Source: Candidatus Rifleibacteriota bacterium (lineage in GTDB: Bacteria; Muiribacteriota; Ozemobacteria; Ozemobacterales; Ozemobacteraceae). Taken from it: a stretch of DNA of 29,772 bases. Numbering within the stretch: the first letter of the stretch is position 1; the number at the start of each line of letters is the position of its first letter. The translations under genes and the position numbers were made by a program. Below the pieces are notes generated by a model. It saw only the letters and a program-made list of their open reading frames with translations. It ran no database searches and had not been told where the DNA came from. The stretch spans positions 1 through 29,772 of the forward strand of contig JBNJGH010000039.1 of assembly GCA_051747585.1 (NCBI GenBank). The letters run 5' to 3'. Below are positions 1-8,934 of this stretch, piece after piece.

Positions 1-30
1 GTTTTTCTGAAGGCTTGCTGAAGAAGGAAA

Positions 31-54
31 AGCCGGGCGGTGAAACCGCCGGCT
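31..54. terminator. GC-rich hairpin, possible intrinsic terminator
   Basis: AGCCGG(G)CGGT-GAA-ACCGCCGGCT forms a 10-bp stem with one bulge. The A-run at 28-31 gives a short U-tract on the minus strand. It also lies in an open + frame (3..92), so the call is ambiguous. Confidence 0.3.
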
Positions 55-100
55 ATTTGTCCACAGGACAAATCCTGGCTGAAAAAGATTAAAAAATCTG

Positions 101-127
101 CTCTGTGCACTCGGTGGCCTCAGTGGT
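101..127. repeat. Three tandem 9-bp units CTCNGTGSN
   Basis: ctctgtgca / ctcggtggc / ctcagtggt in an intergenic region; resembles the CTCTGTG...CTCTGTGGT short intergenic repeats seen in many bacteria. Confidence 0.5.
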
Positions 128-247
128 TTAAATTCTATATTTGACAGAAAGAAATAAAATCAGAACTTTTTGTAACCAGCTAATAATAATTGACCGAGAA
201 TTCCTACGTTTTTGTCAGGGTAAGCGCTTAATTTTTTTACCCTGTTT

Positions 248-274
248 CTGGATGCCTGCCTGCGCAGGCATGAC
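248..274. repeat. REP-like palindromic element
   Basis: CTGG-ATGCCTGC-CTGC-GCAGGCAT-GAC: perfect 8-bp stem (252-259/264-271), 4-nt loop and GAC tail. It translates as WMPACAGMT, the typical reading of the CTGGATTCCCGCCTGCGCGGGAATGAC repeat class. Confidence 0.7.
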
Positions 275-332
275 GCGCGCTTTTGCTGTCGCCTGGCGTA
301 ATCACATGCTATCATGCAGCGATTTGCATAGA

Positions 333-974
333 TCAGGGATTTTCTATGACTAACAGGACTTTGCCTGATGAAAAGGTTATGACGGCAGATTCTGAGGTGA
401 TGATGTTGCTTATAGTCAATGAAGAAGCTTGTTTAAGCAATATGTCTTCAACCTCGTATTTAAAACCTTTAAGAGTAAAGTTTTCAACTGCCTCACTCAT
501 GGCAATAAAAGAAATTCTGCAATTTGCTTTTTTTGAAAGTTTTATTCCATGATCGATACAAAATATTTCTTCTTTTGCAGTTATTATTTTTGCCTGGGGA
601 AATTTTTGCAAAAGTTGAATGTTAATTAAAGTTTGATCTGTTCTATAGCCGGTTGCTGCGAAAAGAATTATTATATTAAAATTCTGGTCGGCAAGATATT
701 CAAGCAATAATTCGGTATCGGTTTTATCTTTATCAGCAGAAAAGACAATAAAATCAGTCCCGGCTTCTTTTAGCCGTTGATAAGCTGCCGGTGAAATCGA
801 ATCCATGTCGCCGAGAACCGCCCGGGGCTTTAAGCCAAATTTAAGAGCTGTATCCGCACCCCCGTCAGCCGCAAAAAAGACAAAGTTTTCAGGCTCAATT
901 ATAAAACTGAAATAGTTCGCAGGTAGATCACAATAACCGTTTAAAAAGGCTGCAGCTTGATTTCTTTTATTCAT
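333..974 (-). CDS. thiN: Thiamine pyrophosphokinase
   Basis: Motifs AADGGA, GDMDSI, DKDKTDTELLL, ATGYRTDQTLIN and C-terminal LKGFKY...LTISN. Confidence 0.92.
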   Translation of the reverse strand: MNKRNQAAAFLNGYCDLPANYFSFIIEPENFVFFAADGGADTALKFGLKPRAVLGDMDSISPAAYQRLKEAGTDFIVFSADKDKTDTELLLEYLADQNFNIIILFAATGYRTDQTLINIQLLQKFPQAKIITAKEEIFCIDHGIKLSKKANCRISFIAMSEAVENFTLKGFKYEVEDILLKQASSLTISNIITSESAVITFSSGKVLLVIENP

Positions 975-1045
975 TTATATTTTTAACCGAAATAATATTG
1001 AATTAAATTCTAAAAAATTGTATAACACAGCTTTTAAAGAAAGTA

Positions 1046-1075
1046 TTGCATTTTTTTTTAGTTGCCGTATAGAAT
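1046..1075 (+). promoter_or_regulatory. Sigma70-type promoter for the 1107 gene
   Basis: TTGCAT (1046-1051), 18-bp spacer, TAGAAT (1070-1075); AGGTAGGA ribosome-binding site before ATG 1107. Confidence 0.55.
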
Positions 1076-1106
1076 GGCAGACAAAAGTAAATACAGGTAG
1101 GATTTA

Positions 1107-1877
1107 ATGTCTGATAGAAGAACAAAAGATTCAAGAAGAGCACAAGACCGAAGAAAACATTTGGATCGGCGTGAAAAAAACGATAGAAGAACTAAAGAAG
1201 GACGTCGAACTGCAGAATTGGCCGGAAAAGGCAAAGCCACTGCCACTGCAAAGTCTTCTCGTCAGGGTGATTCGGCAAAAGGCGGAAGCGGGTTTAAAAC
1301 CTTTATTGCCTCTTTTGTAAAAAAACTTGCTCTGATTTTGTTTATTACTGTAATTGTTATTACTTTGTTGTTGGTCTATTTCTTCAGCAATATTGATTAT
1401 TACATGGGAAAAGCTGCTAAAAGGGTCAGTATAGCAATTGAACGCGCAAATCTTGATCCGGAAAGTCTAACCAACAGATCTACCCGTGCCAGAGTTTATT
1501 TTGATGTCGGTAATGATCTGCCTTTTGATATTATTCTACAAGACTTGAAATTCAAAGTGAATTTAAGTGATTATACTGTGGCCAAGGGGGTGCAAATTAT
1601 ACCCCGCAAGAAAATAAAATCCGGTGAAAAACAGAACGTTGCAGTTCAATTTCATGTTGATTCTATCATGGCCCGGCGTGGGCTTCAGAAGGCGGTTAGT
1701 AAAAATGCGGGCCCGATTTTAAAGAGCTTTTTAGCCAGGCTGAAAGGTAAAAATCAAACCATAACCGATAATTTAAAAGGCATTATGAAGATTAAGGGCA
1801 CCGCAGGTTTTAGAATGCTGGTGGGCTCGATGGAGATTCCTTTTACCAGAATACTTGATTTCAGTCCCGGTTCATGA
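1107..1877 (+). CDS. Single-pass membrane protein with N-terminal DRR repeats and a probable LEA_2/WHy-like beta domain
   Basis: Arg-rich N-terminus, one hydrophobic helix (LALILFITVIVITLLLVYFF), then VYFDVGNDLPFDIILQDLKFKVNLSDYTVAKG...IKSGEKQNVAVQFHV, matching the LEA_2 pattern. Confidence 0.65.
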   Translation: MSDRRTKDSRRAQDRRKHLDRREKNDRRTKEGRRTAELAGKGKATATAKSSRQGDSAKGGSGFKTFIASFVKKLALILFITVIVITLLLVYFFSNIDYYMGKAAKRVSIAIERANLDPESLTNRSTRARVYFDVGNDLPFDIILQDLKFKVNLSDYTVAKGVQIIPRKKIKSGEKQNVAVQFHVDSIMARRGLQKAVSKNAGPILKSFLARLKGKNQTITDNLKGIMKIKGTAGFRMLVGSMEIPFTRILDFSPGS

Positions 1878-2730
1878 CGTTATTAGAGCTTTTTCCAAGC
1901 GCTCGCTCCAGGCGTTCCCAGTCAATCTGAAGAACTTTTTCCTGTAATTCAGGATTTTTAGCCAGATTTTGTATTGCCGGATGTTTTATAATTTTCTTAA
2001 TTTGTTTTTCAGCTATCAGTTTTCTTAATTCGGGATCATTCTGAATTTGTTTGATTTCAGGAATAGTGCTTAAAGGCTTAAAAACTTCAATGAGTTCTTG
2101 TCTATCAACTTTTTTGGGGTCTATACCGCCTTTGGAAATTCTGGTCATGGTTTTTACGGCTTTGATTGTTTTGCCCGCTTTAGCAGGCAGCATGGGCTCG
2201 ATTACCTGACTGGCTTTGCTGGTTAAAGATCGTAAAAGCGGTGGCTGGTGATCTGCCAGGTCACTGCCCGGAATCAATGTCAGTGCAATAAAAATTATAA
2301 GCCCTAATACAAGGCCTTCAAGGGCTCCTGCAAAAGCGGCAAAAATTTTGGAAATCGAACCTGGTTCACTTCTTGGAGTAATAAGTCGAGCAAGCAGAGG
2401 AAAAAGTAAAAAGACCAGCAGAAAAACCAGGTAAAAACCGGCAATACTACTAAATAAGCCCGGCACCGGCAGTAAACTGCCAACCTGGGCTTTTAAAAAC
2501 CATCCGGCAAAAAAAGCTGTTATAAGCTTTATGTAAGCCAAAAGCTCTTTGATAAGACCATGCTGGTATGCCTTGATGGTCGATGCAACTATGAACATCA
2601 AAATAGCGGGTATAATGAAAACATGGTTCATGTATGAGGCTCCCATCAGAAGGAAAGAGGAAACACTCAATAAAAAGGAAAAGAGCCCCATAATATTGAA
2701 ACTGGGGCTCTTTTTTCCGGCTTTGGTCAT
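1861..2730 (-). CDS. CvpA (colicin V production) family membrane protein
   Basis: Multiple TM helices; AYQHGLIKELL and FAGALEGLVLG patterns typical of CvpA; soluble helical C-terminus; start overlaps the rseP stop. Confidence 0.7.
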   Translation of the reverse strand: MTKAGKKSPSFNIMGLFSFLLSVSSFLLMGASYMNHVFIIPAILMFIVASTIKAYQHGLIKELLAYIKLITAFFAGWFLKAQVGSLLPVPGLFSSIAGFYLVFLLVFLLFPLLARLITPRSEPGSISKIFAAFAGALEGLVLGLIIFIALTLIPGSDLADHQPPLLRSLTSKASQVIEPMLPAKAGKTIKAVKTMTRISKGGIDPKKVDRQELIEVFKPLSTIPEIKQIQNDPELRKLIAEKQIKKIIKHPAIQNLAKNPELQEKVLQIDWERLERALGKSSNNVMNRD

Positions 2731-3953
2731 TATTTAAAGAAACTCGCTATGTCTTTATAGGTTACAAAAACGAGCAAGGCAAGCAGACAAAGCATTCCGA
2801 TAAAATGAATACTTTCTTCTACTTTCTGGGTGATGGCAAGCTTAAGCCCGGTAATGGCATTAATAATAGAGAAAAAGAATTCAAGTATGAGAAAAACAAT
2901 TCGACCGCCATCGAGAACCGGTAAGGGCAAAAGGTTTATAAGACCGATATTTACCGAAAGAATTGCAGTGAGATATAACAGATCAAAAATTCCTTTGTCG
3001 GACTGGTCTTTGATCATTTTCATTATTTTTACCGGACCGGCAACATCTGCCTGAGTTCTTCCGGATACCATTCTTGCAAGACCGCCGACAGTCTGAACGA
3101 TAACATTTAATCCATCTTTGACGCCCCGGGTGAAAGCCTTCGAGAAAGGAAGTGTTTTAAAGTCATAGGTGTTGGGCATAAGTTTTATGCCGATTTTCGC
3201 AGATCCCATTTCACCTTCTGGTATAACTTTTAGTTCAAGGGTTTCCTGGTCGTGCACCTCATAAGATTTGTCGTTTACCGCAAGGTCTTCCTGAAGGATT
3301 GCTCCACCTGCTGAGGATTGAGGAATCGGATGGTTTCTTAAAACACTTAAATTAACAGGTAGACCGGCGCTGTTATTAAGTATACGTATCCCGTCCATAC
3401 TGTCGGTGAGCTTCTGGCCGTTAATAGCGGTAATGACATCGCCATCGCGTATACCTGCTTCATAAGCCGGCCTGCCCTTGATCGCTTCGATAACGGCAAT
3501 ATTCGAAATTGGCCCGCCCGATATGGCATAAATTATTATAAAAAGTACGATTGCCCAGACAAGGTTCATAATAGAGCCTGCAGCAAGCACAAGTATTTTT
3601 GCCCATCTTGGACGACTCAAATAGCTTTTGGGATGATCAGCCGGCACCTGAGGCAGATCCGGGTCCGGTTCAGGTTGTTCTTCAGCCTCTTCGCCTTCTG
3701 CTTCTTCTTCGATATTATCCATACCCGCAAGCCGAACAAAACCACCCAGGGGAAAGGGTCTGAATGAATAGAGGGTTTCACCGACTCGTTTCTTGAAAAG
3801 ACGGTTCCCAAAGCCGATGGCAAATTCGAGGACCCATATGCCAGATAATTTGGCGGTTATATAGTGCCCGAATTCGTGGACAAGTGCGATGCTTACAAGG
3901 ACAAAACAAATAGAGAGAATAGTTTTTACTATGACAAAAAGCAGAGATAACAT
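2730..3953 (-). CDS. rseP: RIP metalloprotease (M50, site-2 protease) with PDZ domain
   Basis: HEFGH zinc motif, FAIGFG, PLGGFV, PDZ segment (PAYEAGIRDGDVITAING), NLLPLPVLDGG; conserved position after cdsA. Confidence 0.95.
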   Translation of the reverse strand: MLSLLFVIVKTILSICFVLVSIALVHEFGHYITAKLSGIWVLEFAIGFGNRLFKKRVGETLYSFRPFPLGGFVRLAGMDNIEEEAEGEEAEEQPEPDPDLPQVPADHPKSYLSRPRWAKILVLAAGSIMNLVWAIVLFIIIYAISGGPISNIAVIEAIKGRPAYEAGIRDGDVITAINGQKLTDSMDGIRILNNSAGLPVNLSVLRNHPIPQSSAGGAILQEDLAVNDKSYEVHDQETLELKVIPEGEMGSAKIGIKLMPNTYDFKTLPFSKAFTRGVKDGLNVIVQTVGGLARMVSGRTQADVAGPVKIMKMIKDQSDKGIFDLLYLTAILSVNIGLINLLPLPVLDGGRIVFLILEFFFSIINAITGLKLAITQKVEESIHFIGMLCLLALLVFVTYKDIASFFK

Positions 3954-3975
3954 CTATAAATGACCTTCCTGAAAA

Positions 3976-4755
3976 CTAAATAACTACAAGAGCATAGCAT
4001 ATCGGGCCCAGAAAAAGAATACTGTCAATTCGGTCAAGTATTCCGCCATGTGCGCCAAAAACTGCTCCAGAATCTTTTATTTCAGATTCACGTTTTAAAA
4101 CCGACTCGAATAAATCTGCGAACTGACCGATTGTTGCGACCGAACCTGCCAGAATCCAGAATCTTAGCTCATCTAATTCAATAAATGAAAAATATTTTAG
4201 CAGGGCAAAAAAGGCTATACATGATATAGCACCGCCTATTGCTCCTGAAATTGTTTTATTGGGGCTTATGCCCGGGGCTAGTTTGGGACCTCTCAAAGAC
4301 ATGCCGGAAATATATGCGCCTATATCTAGAGCCCATATTGAAGCAATTATGGCAAAAAGAAGCTGCCCGCCTTTTAACTGGGCAAGTAATAAATAAAAAC
4401 CCAGACAAAAAGGCAGATAAATTATGCTGAAAAGTCCGCTGCTGAATCTTTTGCAGCCATTACCCTTCATGCCTCGCAGTACCGTAAAAATAACCAATGC
4501 CACCATGGCAAACGAAAAAGAAAAAAGCAAGCCCTGCTCATTATAAAAATGGGACGAAAGCAATACAAAAATAGTTGCTATCCATTCGGGGAAAGGCTTG
4601 AAACGTTCTTTGGGACTAAGCATGGTGTTTAGTTCGTATTGACCGATCAGGGCAATTAAAATAAAAAGTACAAGCCTGGCAAGATCGCCTGCATGAACAA
4701 GCAAGCCATATACTGCAGGAATGCCAATTATAAGTAAGGGTAACCGCGCAAGCAT
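3976..4755 (-). CDS. cdsA: Phosphatidate cytidylyltransferase
   Basis: KLAPGISPNKTISG, DLFESVLKR..IKDSG, HGGILDRIDS; polytopic membrane protein. Confidence 0.95.
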   Translation of the reverse strand: MLARLPLLIIGIPAVYGLLVHAGDLARLVLFILIALIGQYELNTMLSPKERFKPFPEWIATIFVLLSSHFYNEQGLLFSFSFAMVALVIFTVLRGMKGNGCKRFSSGLFSIIYLPFCLGFYLLLAQLKGGQLLFAIIASIWALDIGAYISGMSLRGPKLAPGISPNKTISGAIGGAISCIAFFALLKYFSFIELDELRFWILAGSVATIGQFADLFESVLKRESEIKDSGAVFGAHGGILDRIDSILFLGPICYALVVI

Positions 4756-5516
4756 CAGATATCCTTCTCCATAAGTTGTTCGCTGGTCAGACCAAATCTT
4801 CTTTCGCGCCCTTGATAGGCAAGAATTGCTCTTAGCAGTTCTACGTCATCGAAATCGGGCCAGAGGGTTTCAGTAAAATACAATTCAGAATAAGCGCTGC
4901 GCCATAAATGAAAATTGCTTGTTCTCATTTCTCCGCTGGTTCTGACAAGTAAATCTACATCTGGAATTTCGGGGCAATAAAGTCGCCTGCTTATGGTTTC
5001 TTCGTTAATTTCGGCCGGCGAAATACCTTGTTTGACAATTTCCTTTACTGCATCGACAATTTCGGCTCGACCGCCATAATTAATGCAGAGATTTAAACTA
5101 AGACCGTCATTGTTTTTCATCAGCTCAGTCGAAATTGCCGCTTCTTTGACAATCTCCGGTGCAAGCTCACTTAAACGCCCTACCAGCTTGAATTTAACTC
5201 CTTCGGCATGTAGTTCGTTTCGTTCTTTAACTATATATGCCTTGATCAGCTTCATTAAAGCCGAAACTTCAAAACTGGGTCTTGCCCAGTTTTCAACCGA
5301 AAAAGCGTAAAGACTTACATGTTTTACTCCCAGATCATCAGCATATCTGACAACAGACTTAACCCTGCGGGCACCTTCCTGATGACCTTTAATTCGGCCC
5401 AGGCCCTTTCTTTTCGCCCAGCGTCCGTTGCCATCCATAATAATGCCGATGTGCGCCGGAATATTATTTTTATCGAGCCTGTCTTCAAGCCTTTGTTTGA
5501 TGCGATTGTCTGCCAT
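4755..5516 (-). CDS. uppS: Undecaprenyl diphosphate synthase (isoprenyl transferase)
   Basis: HIGIIMDGNGRWA, YAFSVENWAR, NYGGRAEI, RTSGEMRTSNF, RERRFG. Confidence 0.97.
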   Translation of the reverse strand: MADNRIKQRLEDRLDKNNIPAHIGIIMDGNGRWAKRKGLGRIKGHQEGARRVKSVVRYADDLGVKHVSLYAFSVENWARPSFEVSALMKLIKAYIVKERNELHAEGVKFKLVGRLSELAPEIVKEAAISTELMKNNDGLSLNLCINYGGRAEIVDAVKEIVKQGISPAEINEETISRRLYCPEIPDVDLLVRTSGEMRTSNFHLWRSAYSELYFTETLWPDFDDVELLRAILAYQGRERRFGLTSEQLMEKDI

Positions 5517-5528
5517 TATTTTGAGCGC

Positions 5529-5702
5529 TTATTCCTTCTTTTCTCCGGGAATAATTGCGTCAATCGGGCATACTTCGGCACAACGTCCACAATCAGTACA
5601 TTTTTTAGAGATAACGTAAGGAAACCCGATTTTTATTGCCTTAACAGGGCATACAGAGCGGCAGGTTCCACAAGATACGCATTCATCGGTTATCACATAC
5701 AT
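5529..5702 (-). CDS. 2x[4Fe-4S] ferredoxin (57 aa)
   Basis: MYVITDECVSCGTCRSVCP...CTDCGRCAEVCP has two CxxCxxCxxxCP motifs. Start reassigned to ATG 5702, 4 nt after the frr stop. Confidence 0.9.
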   Translation of the reverse strand: MYVITDECVSCGTCRSVCPVKAIKIGFPYVISKKCTDCGRCAEVCPIDAIIPGEKKE

Positions 5703-5706
5703 CTCT

Positions 5707-6267
5707 TTATTTTCCTGTAATTTCCTTTTCTTTTGCTGCAAGAATAGTATTTATTTGTTCTACAAATTCATCTGTGAGTTTCTGAACCTGGTCAAGTCCT
5801 TTTTTGCAATCATCTTCCGTAATTTCACTTTTCTTTTCCATTGCTTTGAGGCTGTCGTTAGCATCGCGTCGAATATTTCTTATTGCAACTCTATATTCTT
5901 CGGCTTTCTTTTTTGCGCCTTTTACCAGATCGTTGCGGCGTTCTTCTGTCAGTGGTGGAATCGGGAGTCGAATAAGATTGCCGTCGTTCATCGGGTTCAA
6001 GCCCAGGTCAGATTTATGGATGGCTTTTTCAATTTCGCTTAGAATTGTTTTATCCCAGGGTTGAATTACCAGAGATTTCGGGTCTGGCGCAGAAACAGAA
6101 GCCACATGCTGTAAAGGCATTTCCTGACCGTATTGATTTACAGTTATTCTACTGAGCAGCGAAGGCGTTGCCCTTGAAGTCCGCATGGTTGAATAATCTT
6201 TTTTAAGTACTTCTATGGATTGAGACATTTTGGTTTTTGCTTCTTTTATAACTGAGTCAAATGACAT
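5707..6267 (-). CDS. frr: Ribosome recycling factor
   Basis: RTSRATPSLL, LVIQPWDK, LGLNPMNDG, PPLTEERR, AIRNIRRDAN; AGGAGG RBS. Confidence 0.97.
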   Translation of the reverse strand: MSFDSVIKEAKTKMSQSIEVLKKDYSTMRTSRATPSLLSRITVNQYGQEMPLQHVASVSAPDPKSLVIQPWDKTILSEIEKAIHKSDLGLNPMNDGNLIRLPIPPLTEERRNDLVKGAKKKAEEYRVAIRNIRRDANDSLKAMEKKSEITEDDCKKGLDQVQKLTDEFVEQINTILAAKEKEITGK

Positions 6268-6291
6268 TTTTGTCCTCCTGGATTTTATAGG

Positions 6292-7032
6292 TTAAATGGC
6301 TCTTACATCGGTGCCAATATCAAAACCTGTGCAGGCTTTAAGTAAATTATCGGGCGTATCTAGCGCAAGAACCTTTAATGGCATTTCATTTTCACGACAA
6401 AGAGTAATGGCAACCAGATCTATTACTTTGAGCTTTTTTTCTAAAACCTCAGAGTAAGATATGGTATCAAATTTTTGGGCTTTGGGGTTTGTAACAGGGT
6501 CAGAATCATAAACCCCATCGACTTTGGTGCCTTTTAATAGAATATCGCAGCCGGTTTCAACTGCTCTTAATGCCGCAGCTGAATCAGTGCTGAAATAGGG
6601 GTTCCCGGTACCACCGGAATAGAGGCAGACGGTCTTGTTTTCAATAAAATGTCTGGCCTGATCGATATTATAGGGCAGGGTATACTGCCCTGTCGGCATG
6701 GCCGAAAATACTGCGGTTTTCATGCCAAAGCTTTCCAGATATTCTGCAAAACAAATTGCGTTCATTACAGTCGCAAGCATGCCTATGGCATCTCCCCGGT
6801 GCCTTTTGAGTGATGAAAGGGTTGTGCGGGCTCCACGGAAAAAATTTCCGCCGCCGATAACAATACCGGGAATTATGTCTCGATCTACAAGTTTTTTTAT
6901 CTCGCTTGCATATTTTATAACGCTGTCTGCGTCAAAGGCGAAGCCATCCTGGCCGCCCAGCATTTCGCCACTGATTTTTATCAGAGGCCGGGTAAAAATT
7001 TTATTGCTCTGTTTTTTTTCTGACTGCGACAT
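6292..7032 (-). CDS. pyrH: Uridylate kinase
   Basis: IKISGE, VIGGGNFFRG, GMLATVMN, GGTGNPYFSTDSAAALRA, KVDGVYDSDP. Confidence 0.96.
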   Translation of the reverse strand: MSQSEKKQSNKIFTRPLIKISGEMLGGQDGFAFDADSVIKYASEIKKLVDRDIIPGIVIGGGNFFRGARTTLSSLKRHRGDAIGMLATVMNAICFAEYLESFGMKTAVFSAMPTGQYTLPYNIDQARHFIENKTVCLYSGGTGNPYFSTDSAAALRAVETGCDILLKGTKVDGVYDSDPVTNPKAQKFDTISYSEVLEKKLKVIDLVAITLCRENEMPLKVLALDTPDNLLKACTGFDIGTDVRAI

Positions 7033-7054
7033 GAAAATTAAATTTTCTCCAGTT

Positions 7055-7091
7055 AAAAAATGACAAAGACGCCTTAAATGGCGTCTTTGTC
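7055..7091 (-). terminator. Intrinsic terminator downstream of tsf
   Basis: Perfect 12-bp stem GACAAAGACGCC/GGCGTCTTTGTC (7062-7073/7080-7091) with a 6-nt loop, followed on the minus strand by ATTTTTT. Confidence 0.8.
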
Positions 7092-7136
7092 TGTGTTTAT
7101 CTTTTTAAAGTTTTCGGAGTCAGTTTCACTTTGAAG

Positions 7137-8072
7137 TTATCCGGCTGCCTGAGCAGACTTTTCTTCACTGGGATTATCCTGGTCGTTTGTTTCGCCCAGT
7201 TCCCATCTTCTGAATGTAACCAGTTTAATTTCGGCTCCGATTTTTTTGCCATATTCGTTTACAAGGTCGCCGATTGATTTACTGTCTTCTTTTACATATC
7301 CCTGTTCAAGCAGACAATATTCTTTGTAGTATTTGCCTAGTCGGCCTTCCACGATTTTGTTAACAATATTTTCAGGTTTGTTAGCGTTTTTAGGATCGTT
7401 TTTAATCTGTCCCATGATAACGTCTTTTTCTCTGGCCAGATCTTCAGTCGGAACTTCTTCTCTGGTAGTGTAAAGAGGTTTCATCGCGGCAGCCTGAAGT
7501 GCTATTTCATGTGCCAGCTCGACAACTTCAGGTTTCGCGGCTGCTTCTTCGCTGTCGGTAGAAAGCTGAACCAGAACGCCGATATTGCCTTCGCCGTGAA
7601 CATAGGTATCAAAAATCCCGTTTTGAGGAATTTCAAATCTTTCTACACGTCCGTAAGAAATGTTTTCGCCGGTGTTGGCTACCATACTTTTACGGAACTC
7701 TTCACCACTCTGGCCTTCAATTGTAGCGTTTTCCAGATCGGTGACATTTTTTACTGAAGCAGTATTGAGAACGAAGTTGGCAATTTTTTCTGCGAAGGTA
7801 ACGAAATTATCGTTTCTTGCAACAAAATCAGTTTCGCAATTAACTTCGACCATGGCTGCAGTTTTTCTGTCAGGAGTAATTACAGGTATTACAAGTCCCT
7901 GTGATGTCGTTCGGCCAGATCTTTTGTCTGCAGAAGCCAGTCCTTTTTTTCTAAGAAAATCAACTGCCTTTTCAAATTCTCCATCACATTCTTTCAGGGC
8001 TTCTTTGCATTTCATCATGCCTGCGCCTGTTTTTTGTCTTAGATCTTTAACCATTTTAGCTGTTATCTGCAT
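7137..8072 (-). CDS. tsf: Elongation factor Ts
   Basis: ITAKMVKDLRQKTGAGMMKCKEAL, EVNCETDFVARN, KPENIVNKIVEGRL. Confidence 0.98.
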   Translation of the reverse strand: MQITAKMVKDLRQKTGAGMMKCKEALKECDGEFEKAVDFLRKKGLASADKRSGRTTSQGLVIPVITPDRKTAAMVEVNCETDFVARNDNFVTFAEKIANFVLNTASVKNVTDLENATIEGQSGEEFRKSMVANTGENISYGRVERFEIPQNGIFDTYVHGEGNIGVLVQLSTDSEEAAAKPEVVELAHEIALQAAAMKPLYTTREEVPTEDLAREKDVIMGQIKNDPKNANKPENIVNKIVEGRLGKYYKEYCLLEQGYVKEDSKSIGDLVNEYGKKIGAEIKLVTFRRWELGETNDQDNPSEEKSAQAAG

Positions 8073-8103
8073 TGCGTTCCACCTTTCAAACTAAATAGAT
8101 TTA

Positions 8104-8934
8104 TTATTCGATTACGAGTTTTTCTTCTTCTTTAGAAGTTCCGGCTTCAGCAGTTTTTTCTTCTGCTTCAGCGGCTTTTTCTTTAGCTTCGCCTGCTTCG
8201 GCAGTAGCTTCGGCTTTAAAAACGCCGCCTTCCTGGACTTCGTTGAAAGAACGACCTTCAAGAGCTTCAAGCACTGAGTCAGCCATAAGGCCGGTAACCA
8301 GTTTTACTGCTCTGATCGCATCATCGTTACCAGGTATTACGTAATCGATATCATCAGGATCGCAATTGGTATCAACAACCGCTACCAGTGGAATATTCAT
8401 TTTTTTCGCTTCGGCAACAGCAATAGCTTCTTTGTGTGGATCAATTACAAAGATAGCACCGGGCATACCTTTCATATTCTTAATTCCACCAAGAGCGCGA
8501 TTTAGTTTTTCGCGTTCTTTTTTCATGCGTGAGGCTTCTTTTTTGGGATAAGATTCAATTTTACCGCTGTCAATCAAATCGTCGAGTTCTTTGAGTCTGG
8601 CAATTCTTTTTTCGATAGTCACATAATTGGTAAGCATGCCACCGAGCCAGCGATAATTAATATAAAACATGTCGCAGCGTTCTGCTTCATTCTTAATGAT
8701 TTCCTGAGCCTGTCTTTTGGTGCTCACGAATAAAATTGGTTTGCCTTCTCTGACAACACTTTTCACAAAATCACATGCTTCGTCGAGAAGCTTGGTGGTT
8801 TTCTGTAAATCAATAATGTAAATGCCATTACGAGAAGTAAAGATGTATTTGGCCATTTTAGGGTTCCATCTTCTGGTCTGGTGGCCAAAATGTACACCAG
8901 CCTCCAAAAGACTTTTCATAGAAACTATACCCAT
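8104..8934 (-). CDS. rpsB: 30S ribosomal protein S2
   Basis: [46 protein letters not shown]. Start reassigned to ATG 8934, which has GGAGG upstream. Confidence 0.98.
   Translation of the reverse strand: MGIVSMKSLLEAGVHFGHQTRRWNPKMAKYIFTSRNGIYIIDLQKTTKLLDEACDFVKSVVREGKPILFVSTKRQAQEIIKNEAERCDMFYINYRWLGGMLTNYVTIEKRIARLKELDDLIDSGKIESYPKKEASRMKKEREKLNRALGGIKNMKGMPGAIFVIDPHKEAIAVAEAKKMNIPLVAVVDTNCDPDDIDYVIPGNDDAIRAVKLVTGLMADSVLEALEGRSFNEVQEGGVFKAEATAEAGEAKEKAAEAEEKTAEAGTSKEEEKLVIE

Noticed and set aside
3..92. Open + frame at the window start (FSEGLLKKEKPGGETAGYLSTGQILAEKD*)
   Set aside because: It could be a gene 3' end, but it is only 29 codons, has no recognisable motif and contains a terminator-like hairpin.
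141..146. Perfect TTGACA hexamer
   Set aside because: No acceptable -10 element lies 16-18 bp downstream, and there is no credible gene for it to drive.
141..552. ORFs 141..353 and 283..552 on the + strand
   Set aside because: The first reads through the REP-like repeat and the second is antisense to thiN; neither has an RBS or a recognisable motif.
5703..5741. N-terminal extension of the ferredoxin ORF in the ORF track
   Set aside because: It overlaps the frr 3' end; the typical ferredoxin start MYVITDEC is at 5702.
8104..8260. Ala/Glu/Lys-rich repetitive tail of S2
   Set aside because: Low-complexity C-terminal extensions are common in S2 proteins and are not a repeat element.
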